From positions 19,506,805-19,570,804 of the forward strand of contig OZ316894.1 of NCBI GenBank assembly GCA_973895155.1: DNA of 64,000 bases, written 5' to 3'. This DNA is from Marsupella aquatica (lineage: Eukaryota > Plantae > Marchantiophyta). The translations under genes and the position numbers were made by a program. Each line of letters opens with the position of its first letter. Position 1 is the first letter of the stretch. The notes below the pieces were generated by a model that had not been told where the DNA came from, ran no database searches, and saw only the letters and a list, made by a program, of their open reading frames with translations. Shown one piece after another: positions 34,665 to 47,815 of the stretch.

Positions 34665-35421
34665 CACTTGCTGCACAGTGAACGAGAGATGGCGGGAGGT
34701 GCAACATCTGATGCAGGGCTCTCCCGCTCTCACCACTGGATACACCTCTCTCTTTGACCCTATCCAAAATGCCATTCACCACCTGAAAAGGAAACCCGGG
34801 TTTGTGTTCCTCTTGATGGAAATGTGCAATAGTATTTGGCGTGAGCAAACCGCTTCCACGTATTCTCAGTTTCTTGGCTGTCTCCCAGGATGGGTGATCA
34901 TCCGCTACACCGAAGCGCACCTGAAAGCTATGCTGGATAGGTGTTACACTCCTAAGAAACAAAAACAACTCCAGACCGCCCTTGAACAACTGCAGACGGT
35001 GCTTAGGCCTTGGGGGCAGACCAAGATTTCTCTTCCACTTACCCCCAACACTGAGGAAGATGAGGAGACATAATCATAGCGGCAAAGGGTGCGCTTTTAA
35101 GGTGCGTGCCACTGGTAAGAAAGATAAAACTGCTCTGACTAAGCTTAGAACTCAAGGTACGGGTGATACTGGTAGTAGTGAGACTCCACATCATGGTTCG
35201 AGGTACGATAAGAGTAGAATCAATAGAGACCCATGTAACTGGCCTGACTGGTATGTGGAGCAAGACACCTGTGGGTGGATTCTCTGGGTCCCATGGCCTG
35301 ACTGGTTTGGGTGTTTTGTGTGCTTGGTTTTGGCCTTGTGTTGCCGCTGGCCCCGGCTCATTTCCTCCTGGGCGGCCTTTGCCCCCTGGCTGTCTCCCCC
35401 CCCCCCCCCCTGGTGAAAAAA
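34665..35421 (+). mobile_element. 5'-truncated LINE (3' end of ORF2 + 3' UTR + oligo-A)
   Basis: 16-bp TSD AAACATGAAATTACAT at 34649-34664 and 35422-35437, with an A-tract at the 3' end. ORF 34678-35073 has the L1-type C-terminal segment (CNSIWREQ, resembling IWxERN). Confidence 0.8.
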
Positions 35422-36006
35422 AAACATGAAATTACATTTTTGAGATGGTTTCTTTTACTTTTTGAAAATGCAAAAGTAATAAAAACGGTTAGGCTTGAAA
35501 GTTTTCCTTGTCACGTCCTTTCTATTATGTTACTTTTATGGTGTTTTTGATGGCATGGCGTTACAAAAGTTACACCAAAAATCATGCAATTACAAATGGA
35601 GGTAGTTTATTTTAATCACAAAATTGAATATATGTCGTTGTCGCATGGGTTGCTGACATGGTGTGCTTTGGTGCTGGGAATTTTGCAAGAGACCTCTCAT
35701 GGGGGTCTATAATGATGATCATGCATGATAATTTTTGTCAATTTCTATTAACTTTAAGGTTCTTACTCACTTATTGCTCTCCACATGTAGGTTTTAATTT
35801 TTAATGCTGCAAGTCGTACCCCGCTTCAAGTCATACCCTCTCTTTACAATGTTGAGCTTGACAAATACAACAAAAATGTCAACAGGTCCAATCATAAGAG
35901 ACCACATGACCTGAAAGTACAATCAAATGCATACCCTTTATAACTATAAGATCTCCCATATTTCTCCTTGCATAAACGGATTGACTATGGTCGTCGTGTT
36001 TCTCTG

Positions 36007-37553
36007 AAAGCAGACCATGCACCCTCAATCCTATATACATTGAAAGAATGTGCATTCATGTTTGTTAAAAGAGCTACTCACCAATATTGATTTTCAGTCA
36101 GTCATACTCTATCATCCTCATCCTCATGCATACATCCAGCACCATGACATCTGTCCCACACCCCATCCATGCCATTTATCCATCCATATCTCACCCCCTC
36201 TCATCCTCCTCGGCGATGCTTTCTGAGGGGTTTTAGCATCGATGAAGGGAAACTCAAGAACATTAGAGTGATCCAGTCGAGTTGATCACATATGCGGATA
36301 GACACAGAGTTGCCCTGTGTCTAGTAAAGCAGATCATACCCTTAATCCTATAAACTCAAAGAATGTGCATTCCTTTTGTTTATCTTGCCCTAGTTAATCC
36401 TATCAACTCAAAGAATATACATTCTGTTTTTTTTATCTTGCCCTTAATCCTATAAACTTTCTTTTTTTATCTTGAAGGGAATACTTTACTGATATGGCAG
36501 CTTTGGCTTGACTTTTTTTCAGTTTTGGATGGCTTTTCTCTCAGGCTGGCATGTTGCCAAGAGTTTTTATGCATTGCCTTTGGGCGCTTCGTGGGTTGCC
36601 TGCCCTGGTTTTTTTTGGGTTCCTGGTCTGCTGGTTCCCCCTGTCTCTGGGGTTTATGTGGATTTAATTCAAAATCAAAAAGTTTAAAATGAAAAGCAGG
36701 CCAGACCCCAAAAAGGTCAGAGACCTCATGCCACACAAGAGTGAGTACTCAGGTTCCTTAAAAAGAGCTATTAGCCAATATTGATTTTCAGTCATTCATA
36801 CTCTTATCAGCATCTTCATGCATACAACCAGCACCATGCCATCCATCCCACACCCCATCCATGCCATGCCATACCATCCATCCATCCATATCTCATGCCC
36901 TCTCATCCTCCCCAACGATGCTTTTTGCGGGGTTTTAGTGTCAATGAAGGGAAACTCGAGAACACAAGAGTGATCCGCTTATGCGGATCTACATACAGTT
37001 GCCCTATATCTAGTAAAGCAGACCATACCCTTATAAGAATGAGCTATTCACCAATATTGATTTTCAGTCAATCATACTCTTATCAGCATGTTCATGCATA
37101 CGACCGCTACCATGCCATCCATCCACCCACCCCATCCATCCATATCTCACGCCCTCTCTCATCCTTCACGGCAATGCTTTTTGAGGGCTTTTAGCGTCAA
37201 TGAAGCAACACTAAAAAACACAAGAGTGATCCAGTCGAGTTGATTGCATAATTATGCCAAAATCTACATACACTTGCTCTATATCAGGTAAAGCAGACCA
37301 TATGCTTCAAAGAATGAGCTATTCACCAATATTGATTTTCAGTCAATCATACTCTTATCAGCATGTTCATGCCTACAACCGATACCATGCCATGCATCCA
37401 TCCCATCCACCCCATCCATGCCACCCATCCATGCCATCCATCCATATCTCACGCCCTCTCATAGTCTCATCCTCCTCGGCGATGCTTTTTGAGGGGTTTT
37501 AGCGTCGACGAAGGAATAGTCGAGAACACAAGAATGATCCAGTCGAGTTGATC
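36007..37553 (+). repeat. Array of four ~275-bp repeats, first and second separated by ~420 bp of other sequence
   Basis: The motif GAGCTA.T....AATATTGATTTTCAGTCA occurs at 36071, 36765, 37041 and 37316. Each unit has (CCAT)n tracts and CGATGCTTTTTGAGGGGTTTTAG-like sequence. Confidence 0.88.
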
Positions 37554-37763
37554 GCCTCGAGAATCGCCGAACGACCGACGCACTGGACTGACCTTCCAGA
37601 GAAATCCATTGCCGCACTCCGTTCCGTTCTATTCCATTCCATTTCATTCCCTTTCATTCCCTTTCCTGGGTGCGCTTTTCGTGGTCTCCTTCAAAGCAGC
37701 AGTGGCGCAGTGAAGCGAAGCTTGTGGTCGTACTGTGTTGCGAACTAGCGTCCGCTCACGGCT

Positions 37764-40700
37764 ATGGCGTCTCAAGCGATGCTCGCGAATGCCGCTCTCG
37801 CCTCGACTTCCTGCTCTCCAAGCGCTGCGGCCGCAACCCGCAGCTCCTCCGTGTCCCCTTCGTCCTTCGTAAGTCTCTCGTGCCTGTCCTCTCGTTCACT
37901 GACCGGCCTGCGTCTCTCTCCTCCGCCTGTCTAGTTGCGTTGAGACTTTCTCTTTCTCTTTCGCTCTCTGTGTTGAATTCGTGCTCGTGAGGGTGTTGCG
38001 GGTTTTAGGTGTGGAGAAATTGAGGGTTTAAGCGTTTCATCGCCTTTCTAGATATGTCGAGGTATCCACTTAGATGAGTTTGCGGTTTCAGCGATGAGCA
38101 ACTTCAGAATTCACGTCATTGGAAATGTCCGGATTGTCTGAGTACTGTTTGAACTGGACCATTGGCGTCGTCCATTCGGGCCGGTGCCAACGTCTGGTGT
38201 CTTTCTTGTTCGGGGCTATGGTCCACGGTAGCGAAAGGGAATTTGTGAGTTGGTTTTTTCTCCTGCTCGACTTGCTGTTAACTGTGCTTGTCTTTGTGCA
38301 GCTGAAAGCCGGAACCACAGTTTCAGGATGCTGGCAGGGACGGAACCAGCTTTCTGGGCGTGTTTACTCTGGACGACCTAATGGGAATAGAGGTAACTTG
38401 AACAGGTTCATAGTAAGGTCGCAGGCCAAGGACATTTGTTTCGACCAGGCTTCTCGTGCTGCGCTTCAGGCCGGAATAGACAAACTTGCCGATGCGGTTG
38501 GTGTCACCCTAGGCCCACGAGGTGTGATCTTCGATTCCCTTTCGTTTTAGTTATGGAACTTTATTTTGTGTCGGACTGTTCTTTTCGCTCGAGCTAAGTA
38601 GTGTCGGTCGAGGATTGTCATCCAAAAGGGCAGGTCCTTAACTTCGGAGCAGAGTTTGGATTTCTCTGTATCTGTTTGGTACTGAAAGCCTGTTGCTATG
38701 CACTTGTTACACAGGAAGGAATGTCGTTTTGGACGAGTTTGGTTCACCCAAAGTTATCAATGACGGCGTTACGATTGCAAGAGCCATCGAGTTACCGGAC
38801 CCTATGGAGAACGCTGGTGCCGCACTTATCAGGGAGGTATGTATGAACTCATTTGTTTCGTTGCCTTCAGGTTAGGGTCAAATTGTGGTTTTGTACTATT
38901 GGGTGCCAAGTCGATTGTAATCTTAGGATCAATTTTGTTGATTGTTGTGGAACGAACGAGATTTCTGAAACCGTTTCATGGCGTTGTTGAAGAAGACCAT
39001 ACTAATCGACATTGGTATGAAGCCAGGTTGTGTTACTTGCTCTTGGACTGCAAAGCTCTCTACTAAAATTTGTAAATCTTGCTGAATTGGCAGGTGGCCA
39101 GCAAGACCAATGACTCAGCCGGAGATGGTACAACCACGGCCTCGATTTTGGCAAGGGAGCTCATCAAGCTTGGGCTTTTGAACGTGACTTCAGGTGCTAA
39201 CCCAGTCGCCATCAAAAAGGGAATCGATAAGACTATTGCGGGAGTGATTGTGGAGCTCAAGAAGAGGTCAAAACCTGTGCAGGGCCGTGATGTTATTAAA
39301 GGTAAGTCCCACCAATTTATAACAGAATCTAAACCAGCTTTAATAGTGATGATAACTATCGCCTTGGCAACTAGGAGCTGACTGATGTGGGCACTGTCTT
39401 CAGCTGTCGCCACCATTTCTGCCGGAAATGATGATTTTGTGGGTGCATTAATTGCCGACGCCGTCGACAAAGTTGGACCCGATGGAGTCTTATCTATTGA
39501 ATCTTCTTCCTCATTCGAGACCACAGTTTCAGTGGAGGAGGGCATGGAGGTAATCTGACAGCTTACCCTTTACTTGCAAAACGCGACGCGAATTCTGTGC
39601 TGGTTGCATTGCACTTACTCCGAGGCTTCTCGTTCGGAATCTCTCCTGACATGCTTGTACTGGTTGCAGATCGATAGGGGGTATGTCTCTCCTCAGTTTG
39701 TCACCAACAACGAGAAATTGACTGTCGAGTTTGAGAATGCACGTGTTCTGGTGACTGATCAGAAAATCACAACAATCAAGGACATTTTACCCGTTCTTGA
39801 GAAAACTTCGCAGCTGAGTGCCCCTCTAGTCATCATCGCAGAGGATGTTTCAGGAGAGGCATTGGCTACTCTCGTGGTCAATAAGCTTCGTGGTGTTCTT
39901 CAAGTCGCTGCCATCAAGGCACCCGGATTCGGAGAACGCAGGAAGGCCCTCCTTCAGGACATCGCCATCCTTACTGGTGCCGAATTTATGGCGAATGACC
40001 TTGGGCTGAAGGTTGAGGAAGCTGGAGTGGAGCAGCTAGGTATTGCGCGGAAAATTACTATAACAAACAACTCCACAACTTTGATTGCCGATGCGGCATC
40101 CAAGGATGAGATTCAAGCACGGATTGCCCAAATCAAGAAGGAACTTGCAGAGACGGACTCGGTTTACGACACAGAGAAGCTCTCGGAGCGAATTGCAAAG
40201 CTGTCTGGTGGTGTTGCGGTCATTAAGGTGAGACTGGTGGATCGAAATGGGTACTCAATTCAAAGCGCTGTGTTTTGCTAGATAGTGCGTGTGGGAAAAT
40301 TGATCCTTTTCAGTTTGGTTGCAAGTCATTCTAATATGCTTAATATGTCATCAGGTTGGAGCGGCAACAGAAACCGAGCTTGAGGACAGGAAACTGAGAG
40401 TGGAGGATGCCAAGAATGCCACGTTTGCAGCAATTGAAGAGGGTATTGTTCCAGGTGGTGGGGCCACCATGGTACATCTCTCTGCTCTGGTTCCCTCAAT
40501 TAAGGAAACTTTCACCGATTCTGAGGAGAAATTGGGAGCCGATATTGTGCAGAAGGTATGTTTGCGTACCGCTCTCCATTGATTCTCTTAATTGCCTAGT
40601 CTGTCTGACTCGATGTGAAAATTATTGTTCGCCTCTTCAAGGCTAACGCTGTTTCTGGAACAACAGGCACTACTTGCACCTGCGTCACTCATTGCCTCAA

Positions 40701-40951
40701 ATGCTGGAGTTGAAGGGGCAGTTGTTGTAGAGAAGATCTTAGAGTCTGAATGGGAGTTTGGCTACAATGCAATGACCGATACTTATGAGAACCTCCTAGA
40801 CTCAGGAGTGATTGACCCTGCCAAAGTGACAAGATGTGCTTTGCAAAATGCATCCTCAGTTGCAGGCATGGTGCTCACAACGCAGGCCATTGTAGTCGAG
40901 AAACCTAAGAAGAGATCTGGTGTCCCTCAGGTTCCAGGCATGACGATCTAG
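37764..40951 (+). CDS. CPN60A: Chloroplast chaperonin 60 subunit alpha (RuBisCO-binding protein alpha), ~614 aa
   Basis: Exons 37764-37868, 38302-38521, 38715-38836, 39094-39301, 39404-39549, 39670-40227, 40355-40555 and 40667-40951 total 1845 nt. Ser/Ala-rich transit peptide. [33 protein letters not shown] and GDGTTT motifs; alpha-type C-terminus PQVPGMTI without a GGM tail. Confidence 0.95.
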
Positions 40952-42077
40952 ACACGTAGCTAGATGGAACAAGCTTTGAGATTAGATGTCCCTAGTTTGG
41001 CGCCTGCACATCAAGAAATTATCTGCAGAGGATGCTCTGTGTTCTCTGTGGGTCTGGCTGCCCGGATCTGGTTCCTTAAAGTTGAATTAATTGAGCTAGC
41101 CGATAAAGTTTTGTTTAGTATTTAAAAGAAATTTAATTTCAATAAAGAGACAGCAAGATTCGTGAGTCCACCAAATTCTTCTGATGATGCTCGTGATGTT
41201 TAGACTTACGGTTGAGTTCCATCTGAATTGAATGCATTATAGCTGTGGTATCTAAACTATTTTGAATGCCTTATTTTGTGTGGTATATAAACTATGTAGA
41301 GCTCGTTGTAATACCCGTTACTTACTGAGCACATAGTTCGAGATATCTGTGCTTCAAAAAGGGGGTTCTTGTGATTTCCACGCAACCTACCCGTGCCATC
41401 ACGAGCCCAGTTTAATCCACTCATGTGGTGATATCTTTACAGAGTTTCCCATGTGGTGATATTGTTTGAGAATTCCATCGAGCCCTGCATCTTAAAAAAA
41501 TCACTAATTAGACGATGATTTAGGACAAAAGCAGAAATCGAACTTCCTCCTATCCGCATTTAATTGCTTTTTGGATTAACCACGTCAGTTGACCGTGAAA
41601 CTGACAACTGCGGATATGCCCAATGGAAGAGTTCAAGGAATGCGAGTCTCGATAGATACTGGACCACTTACAACTTTTTTAGAAATCCTCTAGACTTGCT
41701 TTTCCGTAATGGGCCGGCCAGTCATTCAGAGAAATTCCTCCATGCTGCCAGGTCTTGATATTGAGAGCAGGTGGAAGCATTAGATTCACTACATCAAATG
41801 GTACGGCTGCCAAAGATATGCCATCATCGTTTTGGAATGCAATTATTATATGGTGCCTCAGCGTTTCGAGTGCTACTCATCTTTAGAACATCAACGAGTG
41901 GAGAGTTCCCAATTTGACATAATTTTCCTGACTCCAGAAAGTCACCGAAGAGTTTTGGACAGGGAGAAGTTTATGGAAGGTGCCCCACTTATTGATCTTT
42001 CGGACATATCTTCAGGGAGACCACATGGAGACCTTGGACTTGCAACAACGGTTCGTCCCATAGGGACTACAGAAAAG

Positions 42078-42367
42078 AAACGCCGACTTTCTCTTAAAGC
42101 TCTCCTGCAACTTAATGGGCGCGGGCCCTTTGGAAGAGAGGAACTGGATGTCTGTCACATGTCCCTGAGGGTCTGCACTACTGCCTCCAGCGCAAGAGCC
42201 CAATGTGTCCAATGAGTCCCACAAACGCCGACTTTCTCTTAAAGCTCTCCTGCAACTTAATGGGCGCGGGCCCTTTGGAAGAGAGGAACTGGATGTCTGT
42301 CACATGTCCCTGAGGGTCTGCACTACTGCCTCCAGCGCAAGAGCCCAATGTGTCCAATGAGTCCCAC
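42078..42367. repeat. Exact tandem duplication, 2 x 145 bp, spanning the last exon, stop and 3' UTR of the minus-strand gene
   Basis: 42078-42222 and 42223-42367 read identical. Confidence 0.95.
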
Positions 42368-45300
42368 CCTACAAAGACAAGTCACGAAAGCGAACACGTT
42401 CACTTTAGGCAGGATGGAAAGTGAACAAGTTGCAAGAACTAAATCGTTGAATGAGAAGATATCGGCATCAAATGAAGGGGAACTGTAAAAATGATCACCT
42501 GACAGAACACTACAAATGGTTCTCTCAAAGGTCCATCGCAAGACAGCTCGCTAGTACTTCCATCTATAAATGTGCCATCTGCAAAAACAACCTGTCACGG
42601 GAATTTATTCAGCAACTACGAGAGACAACGTTGAGAGACTTCAAATTGGATGTAACAAATTTCAGTAAGATATACGAACTCCACCACAACTTCTACGATA
42701 TAAATATATAAATGAAGCAGGTACTAGGGCAACGATTCAACGTAGGAAGGTAAAAGTCCCAGAGCCATACCTCTGATTCATAACCAGCTGTTGCTCCAGC
42801 TACAGGCTGAATATAAGACCCAACTGGACAATACTTCTGTACAGCTCTGCAGAATGCTAACAGGCGTTCTCTGTTGCCCAGTTGGACTGCCTACATTTCA
42901 AGACTTGTATAAAATTACTGGTACAGGTACTTGGTAGTATGAAGCAGTTGGAAAGACAGCAAAACGGTTGTTCAGGCTACAATGGGCATATATAGGTAAC
43001 ACGAATCATTCATTCAGTCGAGACGGGATTAAAGGACAGGTTGTGCTGAGTGTCGAGTAAAATTGCGGTGATCAGCAATTTATACATACCTGTATGATGT
43101 CATATCTCCTCACACGAGGTGGTGGCCGAACTTTGTAGCCCTCAGCTGCCATGACTTCTGCTATCAGTAGAGTCCCCTGTGAATAATTTATCAAGTCAGC
43201 TTTATGAACATGAGATGATACGATAGAGAAAGACCTGGACAGCAAGAAAAAGGTTCACTCTTACGAAATTTGAAATCACACAAATACCATACATACTTGA
43301 GCTTCAAGTCAGGATAGTGCAACAAATAGTTGCAAAAGTAGCAAGGAACCGCAAAAGAGATTCTAACCCACTCCCTTCAAACGGGAAAGTTCTTCATGTA
43401 ACTTCCTTACCTTGATGGATTCCCCAACCATTTGTGGGGCTAAAAACAAACCCTGGAAAAATAACCTCATGACTTCCCCTGATGTAGATCCAGCAGAGGT
43501 GCCAATTCCAGGTGCACACAGTCGAGCTGCAGCAGCTGACACCCACTTGTCTTTCCCAGCCACATAGCCTCCACATGGAGCGATTGTGCCCCCAGGATTT
43601 TTTATCAAACTACCTGCCATTAGATCTGCCCCCTAAAAGGTAGACACTACAATTAGATGACCCAGTTTCTCATATTCTATTGGTGATAACAGAATCGGGG
43701 GAGAACTAAGCATGCAAAAGCATTTCTAAAAAATTCATGGAACAGGAAGCAACTGTGTACCACTCCTGTAGGTTCTACTGTCTCCATAAATTCACCGTAG
43801 CAGTTGTCTACCACTATCACACAATTGGGATTCTGAGCCTGGAAAGAACGAAAACAGGTCAGTTGCTGAATCATTCTGTTAATATAATGAAATACACCAA
43901 GAGAGATAATACCTACTGGGGATTAGGCCATTATGAAAATCGTACACAAGTGGAAATCATTAAAGATAGATTGGGCTGAACTTAGAGACTTACTTTGATT
44001 AACTCAATTGCACGTTGAATTTCTGCCACAGATAAAGTTTTTCGCCAGGAATAACCACAAGAGCGCTGAATAAGAGCGCACTTAGTCTCTGGCTTTACTG
44101 CAACTCCTAAAGCATCCCAGTCCAGGCCACCATCATCTGCGAGCTTTATACACAACACCACGTCACAATATCAGCCTTACTAACCGAAAAAAGACTGTCT
44201 TTGCGTGCTGCAAATGAAAGTCTATACGGCTTCTGTTCCAAACCATTTAGTCATGCATCGGACATTATGGCTTCCTATATTCGAAGGACATGCAAAAGTT
44301 GTCAAGCTATCGAGAGAAAGTGCCTGTCCTCGTCAACAGAAACTTACAGGTACTTCTCGATAAGAGACTCCAAATTCTCTCAGAGATCCTTCTCCACTAG
44401 AACCCCGCAACCCAATGACTTCTTCCAGAGTATCGTAAGGAGCTCCTGCTACTGCCAATAACTGGAAGAGGAAATGAGTGCATACACATACACGATGATA
44501 GAATAGAACCATCTGGAGTACGGATAGGAAGCCTAATATTCTAAGGAACATCTGGAAGAAATCCCTTGCTATAGGCAACTGGTAGCATAAGAGGACGACA
44601 CAATCAAAAGATTGCAGAAAAGTAAGGCAATAGTAATACGAATATACAAAATATCCAAAACGGAGTTCCCCCATCCGTGGGGTTCACGCGGATAAAAGTT
44701 ATTTTCAAAAAAATTGAAAAATATCCAGAACGGATAAGAAAAGGTCAAATAGAAAACATCGGTAATCTACCTCGTCACCTGGGCGTAGTGCTGCATAGAG
44801 AGCACAGGCTATGGCATGTGTCCCAGAGAAGAACTGCAATGATAAGGTATATCATAAGTGTTTTTAAGAATCCGGCCAGAAAGATATATTCAAAGTCAGA
44901 GTGTGTCCAACACCAACACTGTTTGATCCTATTCATGTCTCATCTTCTGGTCATTTTCTTCAGTTGTTCGATCACACAGGTTTCTTCATGATTTGAATGA
45001 CAGACTACACATATCGTGATCAAAATACTTACTTGTGACCGCACTACAGCAGCCTCCGCACCTACTATTTCGGCAAACGCTTGGTCCAATGCATCACGAC
45101 CTCCAGCATCATTATGGCCATAACCTGTCGAACCTGAGAAGTACTGCAGTACACCAGAACTGCGGATCACCTTTAATTTGACAAAGGACCAAAGTCACCG
45201 ACATGACACTTATTTCATGTCTCTTGAGCCTGTGAGCCGAGAAGGTGATGAAAGTTTAATAAAGGGAAAAAGAACAGCGTTCCATTCAGAGTCAATTTGA

Positions 45301-46383
45301 TGCGATCCTAATGGATATCTGCAAAATGCTGCCTTATCAGGTGACAAACATCAAAGGAGGTCATCTTACGTGGGACCCCACTCGGGCATTGGCGTAAGCC
45401 TTGATGACACGGCTGAGATTGGAAGCCACTAAGCCGTCCACAGCTTCAAACTCGGGTCTCAGGGCTTGAACAGCATCACTAACCTGCGAGTTTGTCAGTA
45501 ACAACTTAACTCTAGCTTTTCCCCTCGCAGGCTTTTCTTTCTACTCCTTTTCAAAGACGTCTCTTCGTAAGGGTAATTCACAAATTGATTCCAAGAGATT
45601 TGTCTGGCTCAGATGAAGCACGTTGAACAACAATGTACACATTCTGGTCACAGGATAAACGGAGTTCTGTCCGCTATAACTTTGCATTCTGTCCTTCATC
45701 CATTTTTTTCTCAATTGTTCATCCAAATGAGGCCGATTGGCAAGAAATTTTCCAAAAGAGTGAAAGAAATCGATGAACGAATTGCTTGACGTCCGAAAGG
45801 ATGGCCCTAAGCGAAGCACCGGAGACAGCCTTTAACTCGAGCAGAATCCGAAGCACCGGATTAACCATAGAAGAACATAGACCGGACAAAGTAAAGTAGT
45901 GGTACGAAAAGTGAGCAACAAGAGCATTTGCACACCTGATGTATGTCGAGCTAATCTAGCAAAATAATTGAATCCTATCTTTTGACTGCATTGGACGATT
46001 ACAATCTAATCTCCGATACCCAAGGTCTAATATCTGCATCTAAATCTCTCTTCTCTACGCATATCTTAACCCATTTGACTCGATCGTCGTCCCCCGAGAG
46101 TGCAAGGACAAAGATTAATGCTGATGCAGCTGAATTCAATATTTTGCTGTGGTCACATAAATGGGACTAGCAAAGAGAACCCATCGACGAACTCGCCCAG
46201 AAATTTGAGAACAGGGGATGGTATCTGTACCAAAGGCCCGTAAGGTGGCTGCACGGAGAAGCTGGCAGAAGCCGAGACTTGAAGCTTGAGAAGACGCATT
46301 GGACGAGGTGCACGATGAAGCCCTGGCAAAGGTGTGCATGGATTCCGAAAACATGCTTCAAAGGTGAGAGTCGCCATCGCCAT
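42300..46383 (-). CDS. YnbB-like / aluminium-resistance (methionine gamma-lyase family) PLP-dependent enzyme, probably plastid-targeted
   Basis: 12 exons, approximately 46383-46231, 45483-45370, 45143-45033, 44833-44771, 44461-44348, 44143-43994, 43838-43761, 43632-43411, 43176-43090, 42890-42771, 42591-42499, 42368-42300. Motifs STGYGHND.GGR..LD, FSGTHAI, QRSCGYSWR, VDNCYGEF, GSLIKNPGG (PLP lysine), GTFIDGSTSELSCDGPLREP. The exon 1 boundary is the least certain. Confidence 0.92.
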
Positions 46384-46754
46384 CCTCCGCTGGAGCAAGA
46401 GAGCATGTAGGCTTGATAACCCTCTACCGTAGACTGGGGTTCTGGGTTTTGGGTTTTGGCCTTTGGCAGACTCCTTGCTCTTCTCCAGTTCTTTTGGAAG
46501 AAACCTTTTTGAACTAAGTGACCCCAGAACTATTTAAAACCATTTTGCAAACCTGAGCCCATAACTAATTCCTTGGGGTTTTTCCTTGTGTGGCTCTCCC
46601 ATATTGGGTCAGGCCTCTCGGGTCCTGCTTGACTCGTTTTGTTCATGGGAAGTGTGACATGCATATCCCTTCTTCCACCTCCTCTATGGTCTGATTGTTC
46701 CGTCCCCGAGATACCTACTGTACATCGTGCCCTGTTTATTTAAAGTCGTTTCTT

Positions 46755-47815
46755 CTTAAGTGCACAACCCAGAAGTGCAAACCCTGTCTTATTGCAAGGA
46801 GGACCATGCTTCCATTCTTCCCCAATCATTTCCAGTTTTTTTTGCACTAATTGTGAGTGCAACGATGACTCCCCATTATAATGGCATGTGTACAGTTCTG
46901 GGAAAGAGCTTCAATCTTATGCAGACCACTTATGTGTAAGTTGTGTACAGTTTTCACCGTCATAAATCTTATGCAGACCTCTTATGTATAAAGTGTATAC
47001 AGTTTTACCATCAAAAATCCTTGCAGACCTCCTATGTATAAGGGTATACAGCTTTTACCATCTCAAGAGTGGGAGGAAACAAAGGCACATTCACATAGTA
47101 AAAACCCTGTTGAAGTGTTCACATCTGGCTTCTTCCTGAGAGTGTGCACTTAGAGATACATGTATCTTTGGCAGTGGTGCATTGTACAGTCACCTCTGCC
47201 TAATTGCACACTCCATAAAGTGCAAACCCTGGCTTATTGTCAGGTGGACTGTTCCTTCACTTTTTCCATATAGTTGCACTTTATTAAGTACAAGAGGTCT
47301 CCACTAAGTGACAATCTATAACTGCAAAACCCTCTATGAGGGTATGTGTACACTTATGAATAAGAGCATGAATTCTATGTGGAAATCTTTCTGTATGTGT
47401 ACACAGTTTTTACAGAGTAATTATAACATAGATATAAAAGATTGGTCTAAGCAAGGATGTATCCAGTCCAAGGGAAGGCACGAGAAATCTGCCCCAACAC
47501 AACGTGGCAGCTCTGGAGCGCGATAGGGGACAGAGGCACAATGAATGTCTGGGCATTGTCAAGGCACAATAAATGCAAAGTCAGACAAAGTGCACTTATC
47601 AATTTTATCTTGTAGTGCAAATTACATGTAAGTACAATAATATATGTATGGACAATGTCATGGCCTAGATAAGTGCAAATTCAGGGAAAATGCTCTTATC
47701 AAATAATCCAAAAAGTAAGTGCAAGAGAATGTCTGAACATTGTTGAGGCAAAGATAAGTGCAAAGTCAGAGAATGTGCACTTATAAGGTAGTGCAAAACA
47801 CATGTAAGTGCACGA
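46755..47815. repeat. Degenerate repeat cluster (probable non-autonomous element relic)
   Basis: AAGTGCAAACCCTG.CTTATTG at ~46773 and ~47218. Three ~59-bp units containing GCAGACC.C.TATGT.TAA at 46890-47060. TGCAAAGTCAGA...GTGCACTTAT occurs twice at 47574-47815. Confidence 0.5.

Noticed and set aside
36781-37502. His/Pro-rich ORFs of 137 and 82 aa
   Set aside because: Translations of the 275-bp repeat with (CCAT)n tracts; frames are not conserved between units.
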